A stretch of DNA of 64,000 nucleotides. Origin: Candidatus Latescibacterota bacterium (GTDB taxonomy: Bacteria; Latescibacterota; UBA2968; UBA8231). Location: the NCBI GenBank assembly GCA_965221775.1, contig CBDCSU010000004.1:320001-384000 (forward strand), written 5' to 3'. Below, in pieces: positions 28,572 to 38,606 of the stretch. The position numbers and the translations under genes were made by a program. How positions within the stretch are numbered: the first letter of the stretch is position 1; every line of letters begins with the position of its first letter. Under the pieces are notes generated by a model. It had not been told where the DNA came from and did no database searches. It saw only the letters and a list, made by a program, of their open reading frames with translations.

Positions 28572-29702
28572 CTACGGACCGCCTGGAGCGGTCTCCCGCA
28601 GTCTCTCCCGCTGCCAGCCCCGGCGCGCCTCCAGAAGCCCGTCCAGCTCGCCGACGGCGGAGGCCGCGGCGGACTGCGGATCCCTTGCCACATGGGCCAG
28701 CAGCTCGACGAGGGCGGCGGCGTCTTCCACGGCGACGGCTTCGGCCCTGAGCTTCTTCCCGCCGCGGTTGTGGTAGTTCTCCAGGGGCAGGGCCACCGCA
28801 CCGGCCCTCAGGCCCGCCCGGCAAAGGGCCGTCGCTTCGCACGTTCCCCCGTCCATCAGCCGGCGCTGATACCGGAAGGTGGGCCGCTGCCTGCCCAGAT
28901 CCTCGGCCGCCCCCGCCAGGGCGGCGGTGACGGCCGCATCGAAGAGCCAGCGGCGGTCTCCGACCCGGATGACGGGGCCGTCGCCGAGGGGGGCACCCGC
29001 CAGGCTGGAGGAGCATTCGATGTTCACATACAGGGGATTCCGGTCGAGGTGCCCGCCGTCGAGGGCGGCGAGCATCCCCCCGAAGCCGGTCTCCTCGGCC
29101 CGGGTCAGCAGAACGCCGAGGCCCGCGGCCGGCTCGGCGCGCAGGAGCTCGAGGACCGACAGGGCCACGGCCACGCCGGCCAGGTCGTCGCAGGCGCGGC
29201 CGGAGAGCCTTCCGCCGGACAACTCGAAGCCGGCGAGATCCCAGGTTGCGAAGATTCCTGCCGCCTCGGCCTCTGCAACCGGATCGTCCAGGCGCACCCG
29301 AAAGGCGGGCCGGCCGTCCGCGTCGCCCGGGGCCCCCTCCTCCAGGTAGGCCAGCACCCTCCCTCGAGCGACGGGCTCGGCGGACCGGTGGTCGTGCACC
29401 ACCACACCCGCCCCCCGGGTCAACTCGGCGGGAACCCCTCCCAGTGAATGGAAGAACCAATCGCCGCCATCGCCGGCGGCCAGGGCCAGCCCGGGATGGT
29501 CGAGGTGAGCGGTGAGGACGATTCCCGGCGCGGCCGCGCCCAGACGCAGGTGGAGGTTTCCGAAGGGGTCGGACATGCAGTGCAGATCGGGCCGCTCCGA
29601 CACGAACCGCTCCATCTCCGCCAGGACGAGGTGCTCGTGGAAGGGTGCCGTGGGAATGGGGAGGAACCGCCGGGCCATGTCCAGGTAGAGATCGGCAAGC
29701 AC
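28572..29702 (-). CDS. M20/M42-clan zinc metallopeptidase-like hydrolase
   Basis: TAHLDHPG, RACDDLAG, RAEETG, GGTCEA, NYHN. Confidence 0.85.
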   Translation of the reverse strand: MLADLYLDMARRFLPIPTAPFHEHLVLAEMERFVSERPDLHCMSDPFGNLHLRLGAAAPGIVLTAHLDHPGLALAAGDGGDWFFHSLGGVPAELTRGAGVVVHDHRSAEPVARGRVLAYLEEGAPGDADGRPAFRVRLDDPVAEAEAAGIFATWDLAGFELSGGRLSGRACDDLAGVAVALSVLELLRAEPAAGLGVLLTRAEETGFGGMLAALDGGHLDRNPLYVNIECSSSLAGAPLGDGPVIRVGDRRWLFDAAVTAALAGAAEDLGRQRPTFRYQRRLMDGGTCEATALCRAGLRAGAVALPLENYHNRGGKKLRAEAVAVEDAAALVELLAHVARDPQSAAASAVGELDGLLEARRGWQRERLRETAPGGP

Positions 29703-29829
29703 AGGTATCGCCTCTTCGGGGGATCTTCGGGATAGGGTATCCGGGGGGCGTCCGGGGTCAAGCGGACTGGTCCGGTGGAGTAGGGGCGCCTACCTTGGTG
29801 CCGTTCTACCGGTCGGGAGGCCCGGCTTT

Positions 29830-31986
29830 GTGAGACGGGACATACCACAGGAGTACAGCGACCATCTGGCCACCCGCCGGGAGCGCGTGCTGGGCGGCGC
29901 CGGCGAGCGCCTCTCCTTCCGTGCCTTCTGGGTCGGCGGCTTCCTCTCCTTCTTTCTCGCCGTAGGCGCCCCCTACGGCAACATGATCATCCGCGGTTCC
30001 TACATGGCCCTCGACTTCAGCACCCCGGGGGCCATCTTCCTCTTCCTGTTCCTCATCGGCCTCCTCAACTGCGCCCTAAAGCTCGCCCGTCAACCTCCGG
30101 TGGCCATCGGTCTCGCCGGCGCGGCGACGGCGGCGTGGCTGGTGGTCTACAGGCCGGTCATCCCCGACCTCGACTTCTATTCCCCGGCCCTGATGATGGC
30201 CACCTTCCTGGTCCTGACCACGTGGGTCAACGTCCCGGTGGTGCTCCGCGGCGGCAGCCTGGCCCTGAACCGCTCGGAGCTGGTCCTGGTCTACGCCATG
30301 CTGCTCATCGTCTCCGCCCTGTGCACCATGGGGCTGGGCGAGCAGATCCTGCCCGTCATCACGGCGATCTTCTACTTCGCCTCGCCGGAGAACCAGTGGG
30401 CGGAGAAGCTCTTTCCCCACTTGCCCGAGCGGGCGATGGTGAACGACGGCACCGACAGCCGCCTGTTCTACGAGGGCCTCTCCGACGCGGAGGACGTGGT
30501 CCCCTACGAGGCCTGGGTGGAGCCCCTCATGTGGTGGGGGATCTTCCTGCTGGCCCTGTACGTGATGATGGTCTCGGTGGCGGTCATCGTGCGGCGCCAG
30601 TGGATGGAGCGCGAGCGCCTGGCCTACCCGATCGCCCAGGTGGGCCTGTCCATGATCCGGTCCGAACACCCCGACCGGGCGGTGAACGGGTTCTTCAAGC
30701 AGCCTCTCATGTGGATCGGGGCGGCCCTGCCCCTGATCGTCGGCAGCCTGATGGCCCTGCACCGCTACTACCCGGAAGTACCGGTGCCGCCGACGAGGTG
30801 GACCCTGGGCTTCATCGGCTACCAGAGCCTGCAGTTGCAGATCAGTTTCGCCATGCTGGGGTTCTCCTACTTCATCAACGCCAACATCGCCGCCGGCATC
30901 TGGTTCTTCCACCTGTTCTCGAAGGTGGAGAAGGAGGCGCTCCTCCTCAGCGGGCTGCAGTCGACCCAGAAGATCAGCTTCGGCGTCTCCGACTATCCCT
31001 TCCTCGGCTACCAGGGGGTGGGGGCGCTGCTGGCCATGGTGGTCGTCGGCCTGTGGGTGGGCCGCGAGCACTATCGAAGGGTGCTGCTCAAGGCCATCGG
31101 CCTGGCCCCCGACGTCAGCGACGACGACGAGATCCTCTCCTACCGGGGGGCGGTGGTGGGGGCCCTGGGTGGGACGGGCGCCATGGCGGCCTGGCTGTGG
31201 TTCATGGGAACCCCCCTGTGGGTGGCCCTGCTCTTCGTCGTTCTGGCGATCCTGATCTTCGTCGGCATCACCCGCATCGTGACCGAGGCCGGCCTGGCGG
31301 CCATCCGCGCGCCGATGATCGCAAGCGAGCTGCTGGTGCAGGGCATGGGCTCCTCCCTGGTCGGCCCCGCAGGGGTGATGAACCTCTCCCTCACCTACAT
31401 CTGGGCCGCCGACATCCGCGTCTTCGTCATGGCCACGGCCTCCAACGCCCTGAAGATGATCGAGGAGATGGAGCCTTCGAACCGGCGCATCGTGTTCTGG
31501 GCGATGATCGCGGCCCTGTTCATCGGTGCCGCCGGATCCCTGTGGATGATCTTCCACATGGCCTACCGGCACGGGGGCATCAACCTGGCGAGCTGGTTCT
31601 TCCAGGGCCTGCCCCGGACCGCATACGACGCGGCCTTGCGCAACATCGAGCCCGAGGGAACCTACTGGCCGGGCCTCGGCTTCTTCGGCGGCGGCGCCGG
31701 GGCGATGGTGGCCATGATGTGGCTGCGCCAGCGCCTGCCCTGGTGGCCCGTCCATCCCATCGGCTTTCCCATCGGCGCCAACAGCCTGATGAACTACGTC
31801 TGGTTCAACGTCTTCCTGGCGTGGCTCATCAAGCGCGCGATCCTGCGTTACGGCGGCGCCAATGCCTACCAAGGCAGTCAGCACTTCTTCCTGGGGCTGA
31901 TCGCCGGCCAGGTTCTGTGCAACGGCCTGTGGCTGGTGATCGACTACTTCACCGGCAAGGTGGGGAACTCCCTTTTCTGGATATGA
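29830..31986 (+). CDS. DUF6785/DUF6784-type polytopic membrane protein, copy 1 (OPT-related)
   Basis: Many TMs; LNRSELVLVY, FYEGL, RRQWMERERLAYP, RIVTEAG, WWPVHPIGF, FFLGLIAG. Confidence 0.85.
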   Translation: MRRDIPQEYSDHLATRRERVLGGAGERLSFRAFWVGGFLSFFLAVGAPYGNMIIRGSYMALDFSTPGAIFLFLFLIGLLNCALKLARQPPVAIGLAGAATAAWLVVYRPVIPDLDFYSPALMMATFLVLTTWVNVPVVLRGGSLALNRSELVLVYAMLLIVSALCTMGLGEQILPVITAIFYFASPENQWAEKLFPHLPERAMVNDGTDSRLFYEGLSDAEDVVPYEAWVEPLMWWGIFLLALYVMMVSVAVIVRRQWMERERLAYPIAQVGLSMIRSEHPDRAVNGFFKQPLMWIGAALPLIVGSLMALHRYYPEVPVPPTRWTLGFIGYQSLQLQISFAMLGFSYFINANIAAGIWFFHLFSKVEKEALLLSGLQSTQKISFGVSDYPFLGYQGVGALLAMVVVGLWVGREHYRRVLLKAIGLAPDVSDDDEILSYRGAVVGALGGTGAMAAWLWFMGTPLWVALLFVVLAILIFVGITRIVTEAGLAAIRAPMIASELLVQGMGSSLVGPAGVMNLSLTYIWAADIRVFVMATASNALKMIEEMEPSNRRIVFWAMIAALFIGAAGSLWMIFHMAYRHGGINLASWFFQGLPRTAYDAALRNIEPEGTYWPGLGFFGGGAGAMVAMMWLRQRLPWWPVHPIGFPIGANSLMNYVWFNVFLAWLIKRAILRYGGANAYQGSQHFFLGLIAGQVLCNGLWLVIDYFTGKVGNSLFWI

Positions 31987-32001
31987 GGGCAGCGAGGGCC
32001 G

Positions 32002-34155
32002 GTGAATAGAGCCATCCCACAGGAGTACGGCGACCACCTGGCGGCGCGCCGGGACCGCGCCCTGGGGGACAGCGGTGAGCGCCTCTCCTTCCGCGCTCTC
32101 TGGGTGGGCGGCTTCCTCTCCTTCTTCCTCGCCGTGGGCGCCCCCTACGGCAACATGATCCTCCGCGGGTCCTTCATGGCCATGGACTTCAGCACCCCGG
32201 GGGCGATCTTCCTCTTCCTCTTTCTCATCGGCCTTCTCAACTGCGCCTTCAAGCTCGCCCGGCAACCTCCCGTGGCTCTCGGTCTCGCCCTCTCGGCGAC
32301 CGCGGCCTGGCTGGTCGTCTACCGGCCGGTCATCGCCGACCTCGACTACCACTCCCCGGGCCTGATGATGGCCACCTTCCTGGTGCTGACCACCTGGCTC
32401 AACCTGCCCGTGGTGCTGCGCGGCGGCAGCCTGGCCCTCAACCGCTCCGAGCTGGTCCTTGTCTACGCCATGCTGCTCATCGTCTCCGCCCTGTGCACCA
32501 TGGGCCTGACCGAGCAGATCCTGCCGATCATCACGGCGATCTACTACTTCGCCACCCCGGAGAACCGCTGGGCCGAGAAGCTCTTTCCCCACCTGCCGGA
32601 GCGGGTGATGGTGAACGACGGCACGGACAGCCGCCTGTTCTACGAGGGCCTCGGTCCGGAGGAGGCGATTCCATACGCCTCGTGGGTGGAGCCTCTCCTC
32701 TGGTGGGGGATCTTCCTGCTGGCCCTCTACGTGATGATGGTTTCGGTGGCGGTGATCCTTCGCCGCCAGTGGATGGAGCGCGAGCGACTGGCCTACCCGA
32801 TCGCCCAGGTGGGCCTCTCCATGATCCGGTCGGAGCACGCCGACCGGGCGGTGAACGGCTTCTTCAAGCAGCCCGTCATGTGGCTGGGAGCGGCCCTGCC
32901 CCTGCTCCAGGGCAGCGTGCGGGGCCTCAAGTTCTATGAGGTGCCCGTGCCCACGACGCGCCTGGAGTGGCATCTGCCCTTCATCGGCCGCCAGACCCTG
33001 CATCTGAGCGTCAACTTCGCCGTCCTCGGGTTCTCCTACTTCATCAACGCCAACATCGCCGCCGGCATCTGGGTCTTCCACCTGCTCTCCACCCTGGAGA
33101 AGCAGGTGCTCATCCTCACGGGGGTGCAGTCATCGCAGAAGATCGGCCTCGGCGTCTCCGACTACCCCTTTCTCGGGTACCAGGGGGTGGGGGCGCTGCT
33201 GGCCATGGTGATCGGTGTCCTGTGGGTGGGCCGCGAGCACTGGCGGCGAGTGCTGCTCAAGGCCATTGGACAGGCGCCCGAGGTCAGGGACGACGACGAG
33301 ATCCTGTCCTACCGGGGCGCCGTGGCCGGAGCCCTGGGAGGCACCGCCGTCATGACGGCCTGGCTGTGGTACATGGGGACGCCCCTGTGGGTGGCCCTGC
33401 TCTTCATCCTGGTGGCGGTTCTGATCTTCATCGGAATCACGCGGGTCGTGGCCGAGGCCGGGCTGGCGGTCGTCCGCGGGCCGATGATCGCCGGCGACCT
33501 CGTGGTGCAGGGAGTCGGTTCCTCCCTGATCGGCCCCGCGGGGGTGGTGAACCTCTCCCTGGCCCACGTCTGGGCCGCCGACATCCGTGTCTTCGTCATG
33601 GGCACCGCCTCCAACGCCCTCAAGATGATCGAGGAGATGGAGCCCCGGAACCGCCGCACCGTGTTCTGGGCCATGATCGCCGCCCTCTTCATCGGCGCCG
33701 CCGGCTCCATGTGGATGATCTTTCACATGGCCTATCTCCACGGGGCCCTCAACCTGAACGGCTGGTTCTTCCAGGGGCTGCCCAGGTACGCCTACGGTGC
33801 GGCCCTGCGCAACATGGAGCCCCAGGGGACGTACTGGCCCGGGCTGGGCTTCTTCGGCAGCGGGGCCGGCGCCATGGTCATCCTCATGTGGCTGCGCCAG
33901 CGCCTTCCCTGGTGGCCCGTCCATCCCATCGGTCTTCCCGTGGCCGCCACCCCCATGATGAACCGCCTCTGGTTCAACGTCTTCGCGGCCTGGGTCGTCA
34001 AGCGCGCCGTCCTGCGCTACGGCGGCGCCACCGCCTTCAACCGCAGCCAGCCCTTCTTTCTCGGGCTGATCAGCGGCCAGGTCCTGTGCAGTGGAGGCTG
34101 GCTGGTGATCGACTACTTCGCAGGCGCTGTGGGGAACTACCTTTACGAGATATGA
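32002..34155 (+). CDS. DUF6785/DUF6784-type polytopic membrane protein, copy 2 (tandem paralog)
   Basis: Colinear with copy 1 and with the same motifs; roughly 80% identical by eye. Confidence 0.85.
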   Translation: MNRAIPQEYGDHLAARRDRALGDSGERLSFRALWVGGFLSFFLAVGAPYGNMILRGSFMAMDFSTPGAIFLFLFLIGLLNCAFKLARQPPVALGLALSATAAWLVVYRPVIADLDYHSPGLMMATFLVLTTWLNLPVVLRGGSLALNRSELVLVYAMLLIVSALCTMGLTEQILPIITAIYYFATPENRWAEKLFPHLPERVMVNDGTDSRLFYEGLGPEEAIPYASWVEPLLWWGIFLLALYVMMVSVAVILRRQWMERERLAYPIAQVGLSMIRSEHADRAVNGFFKQPVMWLGAALPLLQGSVRGLKFYEVPVPTTRLEWHLPFIGRQTLHLSVNFAVLGFSYFINANIAAGIWVFHLLSTLEKQVLILTGVQSSQKIGLGVSDYPFLGYQGVGALLAMVIGVLWVGREHWRRVLLKAIGQAPEVRDDDEILSYRGAVAGALGGTAVMTAWLWYMGTPLWVALLFILVAVLIFIGITRVVAEAGLAVVRGPMIAGDLVVQGVGSSLIGPAGVVNLSLAHVWAADIRVFVMGTASNALKMIEEMEPRNRRTVFWAMIAALFIGAAGSMWMIFHMAYLHGALNLNGWFFQGLPRYAYGAALRNMEPQGTYWPGLGFFGSGAGAMVILMWLRQRLPWWPVHPIGLPVAATPMMNRLWFNVFAAWVVKRAVLRYGGATAFNRSQPFFLGLISGQVLCSGGWLVIDYFAGAVGNYLYEI

Positions 34156-37100
34156 CGGGATCCCTCTTCCGACCTGCCCGGGCGCTCACCGCCTGGCTGC
34201 TGCTGTCTGCCGCGGCCTTTGCCGACGGCCCCGACCTGTGGGCCATCGCCGACGAGGGGGAGCGTCTGCGGGCGAGCGTGGAGTACCTCTCCGGCCTCGG
34301 CTCCCGCATCAGCGGACACGAGGGGGCCCGGCGCGCCGGGGACTGGATCGAGCGCCAGCTGGCGGCCCTCGACCTGGGCTCCGTGCACAGGGAGACCTTC
34401 CCGATCACCGTGCCGGTGGAGCTGGGCGGCCGCAGCCGCCTGGAGGTCGTCGACACCGGTGAGGAGTTCGACATGCACGGGTTGTGGCCGAACGGCCCGC
34501 GCACGACGACGACCCCGCCCGAAGGCCTGGAGGGCCAGCTCACCTGGGTCGGCAACGGCGAGTACACCGACTTCGAGGGCCGGCAGCTGCACGGCCGCGT
34601 AGTCCTGATGGAGTTCAACACCTGGGACCGCTGGGTGCGGCTGGCGGCGCTCGGCGCCAGGGCGGTGATCTTCATCGAGCCGGCGGAGACTTCCTACCCC
34701 CAGACCGAGGACAAGAGCCTCATCGTTCCCGTCGATGTGCCGCGGTTCTGGGTCGGGGCAGAGGCGGGGCGGCAGCTCCGGCGAAGACTGGAGGGGGGAG
34801 CCGAGATCGGCGTCCGCCTGCACAGCCGGATGGACTGGCTCGAGCGCCCCTGCGCCAACCTCTGGGTGGAGATCGCCGGTGCCGACACGGCCCTGGCGCG
34901 GCAGCGGATCGTCGTTCAGAGCTACTACGACGGGACCTCGATCGCGCCCTCCCTGGCGCCCTCGGCCGAGGCTTCCAGCGGCGCCGCGGCGATGCTGGAG
35001 CTGGCCCGCCATCTGCGCGACCATCGGCCCGCACGGACGGTGGTTCTCCTGCTCACCGGCTCCCACTTCCAGGACCAGGCGGGGATCGTCGACTTCGTCG
35101 AAAGCCACACCCGCAAGTCGGACTTCCACGCCCCTTTCACCGACTCGATGGCCGTCGATCTGTACCTCGGTCTCGACCTGTCCACCAAGACCGACCAGGT
35201 GGCGATCTGGAACAACACCACCAGCTTCGACCTCAAGCGGTTCTACGTCCCCTTCGGGCGGCGCTACACCCGGTACGCCGAGGAGACGGCCGCCGAGCTC
35301 GGACGGCGGGGCGAGCCGCTGCTGCTCAACGGCATCTCTCCCATCCGGGGGATGGACTGGTCCACTTTCGTCCCCGACGGTGCCATCGTCGACACCCGCA
35401 TGGCCATGCTCGCCGGCCAGGTGGCCCTCTCCTTCGTCACCGCCCACGACGCCCGCTTCCCCCTGGCCACCCCCCTCGACACGCCGGGCCGGATGAACCT
35501 CGGCAACCTCCGGAGCCAGTCGCGGTTCCTCAAGGGCGTGCTGTCCCGGTCCTTCGACGACCCCGACCTGTTCACGGGTCTGGAGGACTTCGGCCCCGTT
35601 CTCAAGGACCAGCTGCGCAGCCACACCGTTCGCGTGCGGGCCTTCCCGCGCCGCAGCCAGATCCCCGACCGCCCCGTGGCCGACGCCCTGGTGATGGTGG
35701 GATGGGGAATGCACAAAGGCCTGAACATGAGCCGGGCCTACCTGACAGACGAGTTGGGCGACGTCACCGTGTCGGGACTGGTGGTCGGCGCAACCACGGT
35801 GGTGGCCTATGTCCTCGACCGGGAGACAGGGGAGGTCGTCTACGCTCCGGACCTGAGCGAGCGCGGCCAGAAGCACCACGGCAAGCCCCTGGCCAGCGGC
35901 CGCATGAACTGGAGCATCCGCTGGAACAAGGACAGCAAGCCCCTCGTCGTCTTCCCGAGCATGCAGAGGACCCTCTTCGGGCTGACCCATCCCAACCAGC
36001 TGGTGGGGCTGTCCACCCTGACGATGCTCGGCAGCGGCGGCATCGCGCCCCGCCAGTTCGGCTACGCCTTCGGCCGCACCCTGAGCAGCAACCTCTGCGT
36101 CGTCTTCGCGCCCCAGGAGGCGGCCGTCGAGGATCCCCGCGTGAAGATGCTCTTCGGCGACATGCTGCTGATCAACAGCCCGGGGGGCACGTCGGAGCAG
36201 GAGGCCAAGGGCGCGGGGTACGACCTGGCGGTGGACGACCTGCTGCCCTCGGAGTTGTTCGCCCTGCGCGACACCTGGAGGCTCAACGAGGCCCGCCTGG
36301 CCACGATGCGCTCCCACGCCATCGAGAACCAGCGCATCACCCGCCTCCACGAGGCCGGCCGCCGGTTCCTCGCCAGGGCCGAGGACTCGCTGCGGGAGGG
36401 GCGCTGGCGGGACTACGTCGCCGAGGTCCGCTCCGGCCTGGGGGTGACGTTGAAGGCCTATCCCCAGGTGAAGGCCACCCTCAACGACGTGATCAAGGGC
36501 ATCGTCTTCTTCCTGGCCCTGGTGGTGCCCACCGCCTTCTTCGGGGAGCGCCTGCTCTTCGCCGCCTCCGACATCCGCTGGCAGATCGGGGGGTTCTCCG
36601 TCCTCCTGCTGATCGTGTGGATCCTGATCTCCCAGGTCCATCCGGCCTTCGACATCGCCCACCCCCTGATCATCCTCCTCGCCTTCTTCATCATGGCCAT
36701 GGCCGTCTTCGTGCTGGGCATGGTATCGAGCCGGTTCAACCGGTTCATCAAGGAGTACCAGGCCGAGAGGGCCAAGGTCCACGAGACCGACATCAGCCGC
36801 GTCAGCGCCGCCTACGCCGCCTTCATGCTCGGCATCTCCAACATGCGCAGGCGCAGGCTGCGCACCGGACTGACCCTGCTCACCCTGACCTTGCTCACCT
36901 TCACCGTCCTCTCCTTCACCTCCGTCCGGCCCGAGGTGTGGTACTTCGTCTTTCCCCTCCGCCACGAAGGGGCCTACACGGGGGCCCTGATCCGCGACCG
37001 CGGCTGGAGCTCCCTGCCGGAGACCACCCTCGAGTACGCCCGCTCCCACTTCGAGGAGCACGGCCTCGTGGTACCGCGGAACTGGTATATCACCTACGAC

Positions 37101-38603
37101 GACGAGGAGAAGAAGTACACGGAGATCCGGCGCGACGGCCGGATGGTGCGCGCCACCGGTCTCCTTGGCCTCACCTCCGAGGAGCAGCGGGTGACCGGAC
37201 TGGCCTCGACCCTTGCGGCGGGGAGCTGGTTCGAGGGTGGCGGCGAGTCGACCTGCCTGATCTCGGAGGGCATGGCGGAAGGTCTGGGTATCGACCCCGG
37301 AGAAGTAGGCCGGGCCGAGGTGCAGGTCTTCGGCAAGAGGCTGACCGTGGCCGGAATCTTCTCCGCCGATGCCTTTGACGAAGTGCGGGATCTGGACGAC
37401 GAGCCCCTCAGTCCGGCGGACTTCCAGCTGTCGAGCATGCAGGCCCTGGGTCCCATGGAGGGGCCGCAGATGACGGTGCAAGAGGAGGAGGAGGCGCAAG
37501 AGGTGCGGCCCTTCGTCCACCTGGACCCCGCCAACGTGCTCATCCTGCCCTACGAGACGCTGAAGGTCGCCTTCGGCGACCTGCGGTCCGTGGCCATCCG
37601 CTTCGACGAGGGCGCCCCGGCCCAGGAGCTGATCGAGGAGTTCCTGCAGCGCATCTCCGGCACCGTCTTCGCCGGCCTTCCGGACGAAGAGGGCCGCATC
37701 AGGGTCGTCTCGTACACCTCCCTCGGCGGCACCTCCGTCGAAGGTCTGGCGGCCCTCACCGTGCCCATGCTGATCGCCGCCCTCATCGTCCTCAACACGA
37801 TGATGGGCGCCGTGTACGAACGCTTCCGGGAGATCGGCATCTACTCCTCCGTGGGGCTGGCGCCGATGCACATCGCCCTGCTCTTCATCGCCGAGGCCTG
37901 CGTGTACGCGGTCATGGGGGTGACCCTGGGCTACCTCATCGGCCAGATCCTCGGCCGGGGGCTGGTGCACTTCGACCTGCTGGGGGGCATGAACCTCAAC
38001 TACTCCTCCTTTGCCGCCATCCTCGCCGCCTGCATGGTCATGGGCGTGGTGCTGCTGTCCACCATCTACCCGGCCCGCGTCGCCTCCCGGTCCGCCGTTC
38101 CCGACACGGTGCGCCGCTGGCGGCCGCCACCGCCCGACGGCGACCGCTGGGAGTTCGACTTCCCCTTCATGGTGGGCCAGAGCGAGGTGGTGGGGATCTG
38201 CGGGTTCCTGGCCAACTTCTTCAGCGCCTACAGCGAGGAGTCGATCGGCGACTTCTACGCCGACAAGGTACGGATCACCACCGAGGAGACACCGGCGGGC
38301 AGGGAGTACGCCGTGCAACTGCTCTTGTGGCTGGCCCCCTTCGACATGGGCGTGAGCCAGTTCCTGCAGATCGAGCTGGCGCCCACCTCCACGCCGGGGG
38401 TCTTCGACGTGCAGATCTACATCCACCGGGTGAGCGGCCAGGACACCTACTGGCAGCGCGTCAACCGCCGCTTCGTCAACCACCTGCGCAAGGAGTTCCT
38501 GATCTGGCACACCCTCGACGCGGAGTCCAAGGCCTTCCACGACCAGAGCGCGCGAGAGCGGATCGCGGCTGAGGCGGAGGCGGAAGTGGAGGCGGCGACC
38601 TAG
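34152..38603 (+). CDS. Large fusion: signal peptide + degenerate M28/PA-like domain + TM bundle + MacB/FtsX-like ABC permease
   Basis: ATGA overlap at 34152 (ORF track start 32967 is spurious); SRISGHEG, SYYDG, SSGAAAMLELAR; NMRRRRLRTGLT; VYERFREIGIYSSVGL; YPARVAS. Confidence 0.85.
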   Translation: MTGSLFRPARALTAWLLLSAAAFADGPDLWAIADEGERLRASVEYLSGLGSRISGHEGARRAGDWIERQLAALDLGSVHRETFPITVPVELGGRSRLEVVDTGEEFDMHGLWPNGPRTTTTPPEGLEGQLTWVGNGEYTDFEGRQLHGRVVLMEFNTWDRWVRLAALGARAVIFIEPAETSYPQTEDKSLIVPVDVPRFWVGAEAGRQLRRRLEGGAEIGVRLHSRMDWLERPCANLWVEIAGADTALARQRIVVQSYYDGTSIAPSLAPSAEASSGAAAMLELARHLRDHRPARTVVLLLTGSHFQDQAGIVDFVESHTRKSDFHAPFTDSMAVDLYLGLDLSTKTDQVAIWNNTTSFDLKRFYVPFGRRYTRYAEETAAELGRRGEPLLLNGISPIRGMDWSTFVPDGAIVDTRMAMLAGQVALSFVTAHDARFPLATPLDTPGRMNLGNLRSQSRFLKGVLSRSFDDPDLFTGLEDFGPVLKDQLRSHTVRVRAFPRRSQIPDRPVADALVMVGWGMHKGLNMSRAYLTDELGDVTVSGLVVGATTVVAYVLDRETGEVVYAPDLSERGQKHHGKPLASGRMNWSIRWNKDSKPLVVFPSMQRTLFGLTHPNQLVGLSTLTMLGSGGIAPRQFGYAFGRTLSSNLCVVFAPQEAAVEDPRVKMLFGDMLLINSPGGTSEQEAKGAGYDLAVDDLLPSELFALRDTWRLNEARLATMRSHAIENQRITRLHEAGRRFLARAEDSLREGRWRDYVAEVRSGLGVTLKAYPQVKATLNDVIKGIVFFLALVVPTAFFGERLLFAASDIRWQIGGFSVLLLIVWILISQVHPAFDIAHPLIILLAFFIMAMAVFVLGMVSSRFNRFIKEYQAERAKVHETDISRVSAAYAAFMLGISNMRRRRLRTGLTLLTLTLLTFTVLSFTSVRPEVWYFVFPLRHEGAYTGALIRDRGWSSLPETTLEYARSHFEEHGLVVPRNWYITYDDEEKKYTEIRRDGRMVRATGLLGLTSEEQRVTGLASTLAAGSWFEGGGESTCLISEGMAEGLGIDPGEVGRAEVQVFGKRLTVAGIFSADAFDEVRDLDDEPLSPADFQLSSMQALGPMEGPQMTVQEEEEAQEVRPFVHLDPANVLILPYETLKVAFGDLRSVAIRFDEGAPAQELIEEFLQRISGTVFAGLPDEEGRIRVVSYTSLGGTSVEGLAALTVPMLIAALIVLNTMMGAVYERFREIGIYSSVGLAPMHIALLFIAEACVYAVMGVTLGYLIGQILGRGLVHFDLLGGMNLNYSSFAAILAACMVMGVVLLSTIYPARVASRSAVPDTVRRWRPPPPDGDRWEFDFPFMVGQSEVVGICGFLANFFSAYSEESIGDFYADKVRITTEETPAGREYAVQLLLWLAPFDMGVSQFLQIELAPTSTPGVFDVQIYIHRVSGQDTYWQRVNRRFVNHLRKEFLIWHTLDAESKAFHDQSARERIAAEAEAEVEAAT

Positions 38604-38606
38604 ACC

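Noticed and set aside
32967-34151. N-terminal ~395 aa of the 1878 aa ORF, considered as a frameshift fusion with the second DUF6785-type gene
   Set aside because: Arg/Pro/Gly-rich off-frame translation; a signal-peptide start at 34152 with an ATGA overlap explains it, and no slippery site was seen
29830-34155. The ~2.15 kb direct repeat as a mobile element or repeat array
   Set aside because: Both units are intact paralogous CDSs with no terminal repeats or transposase
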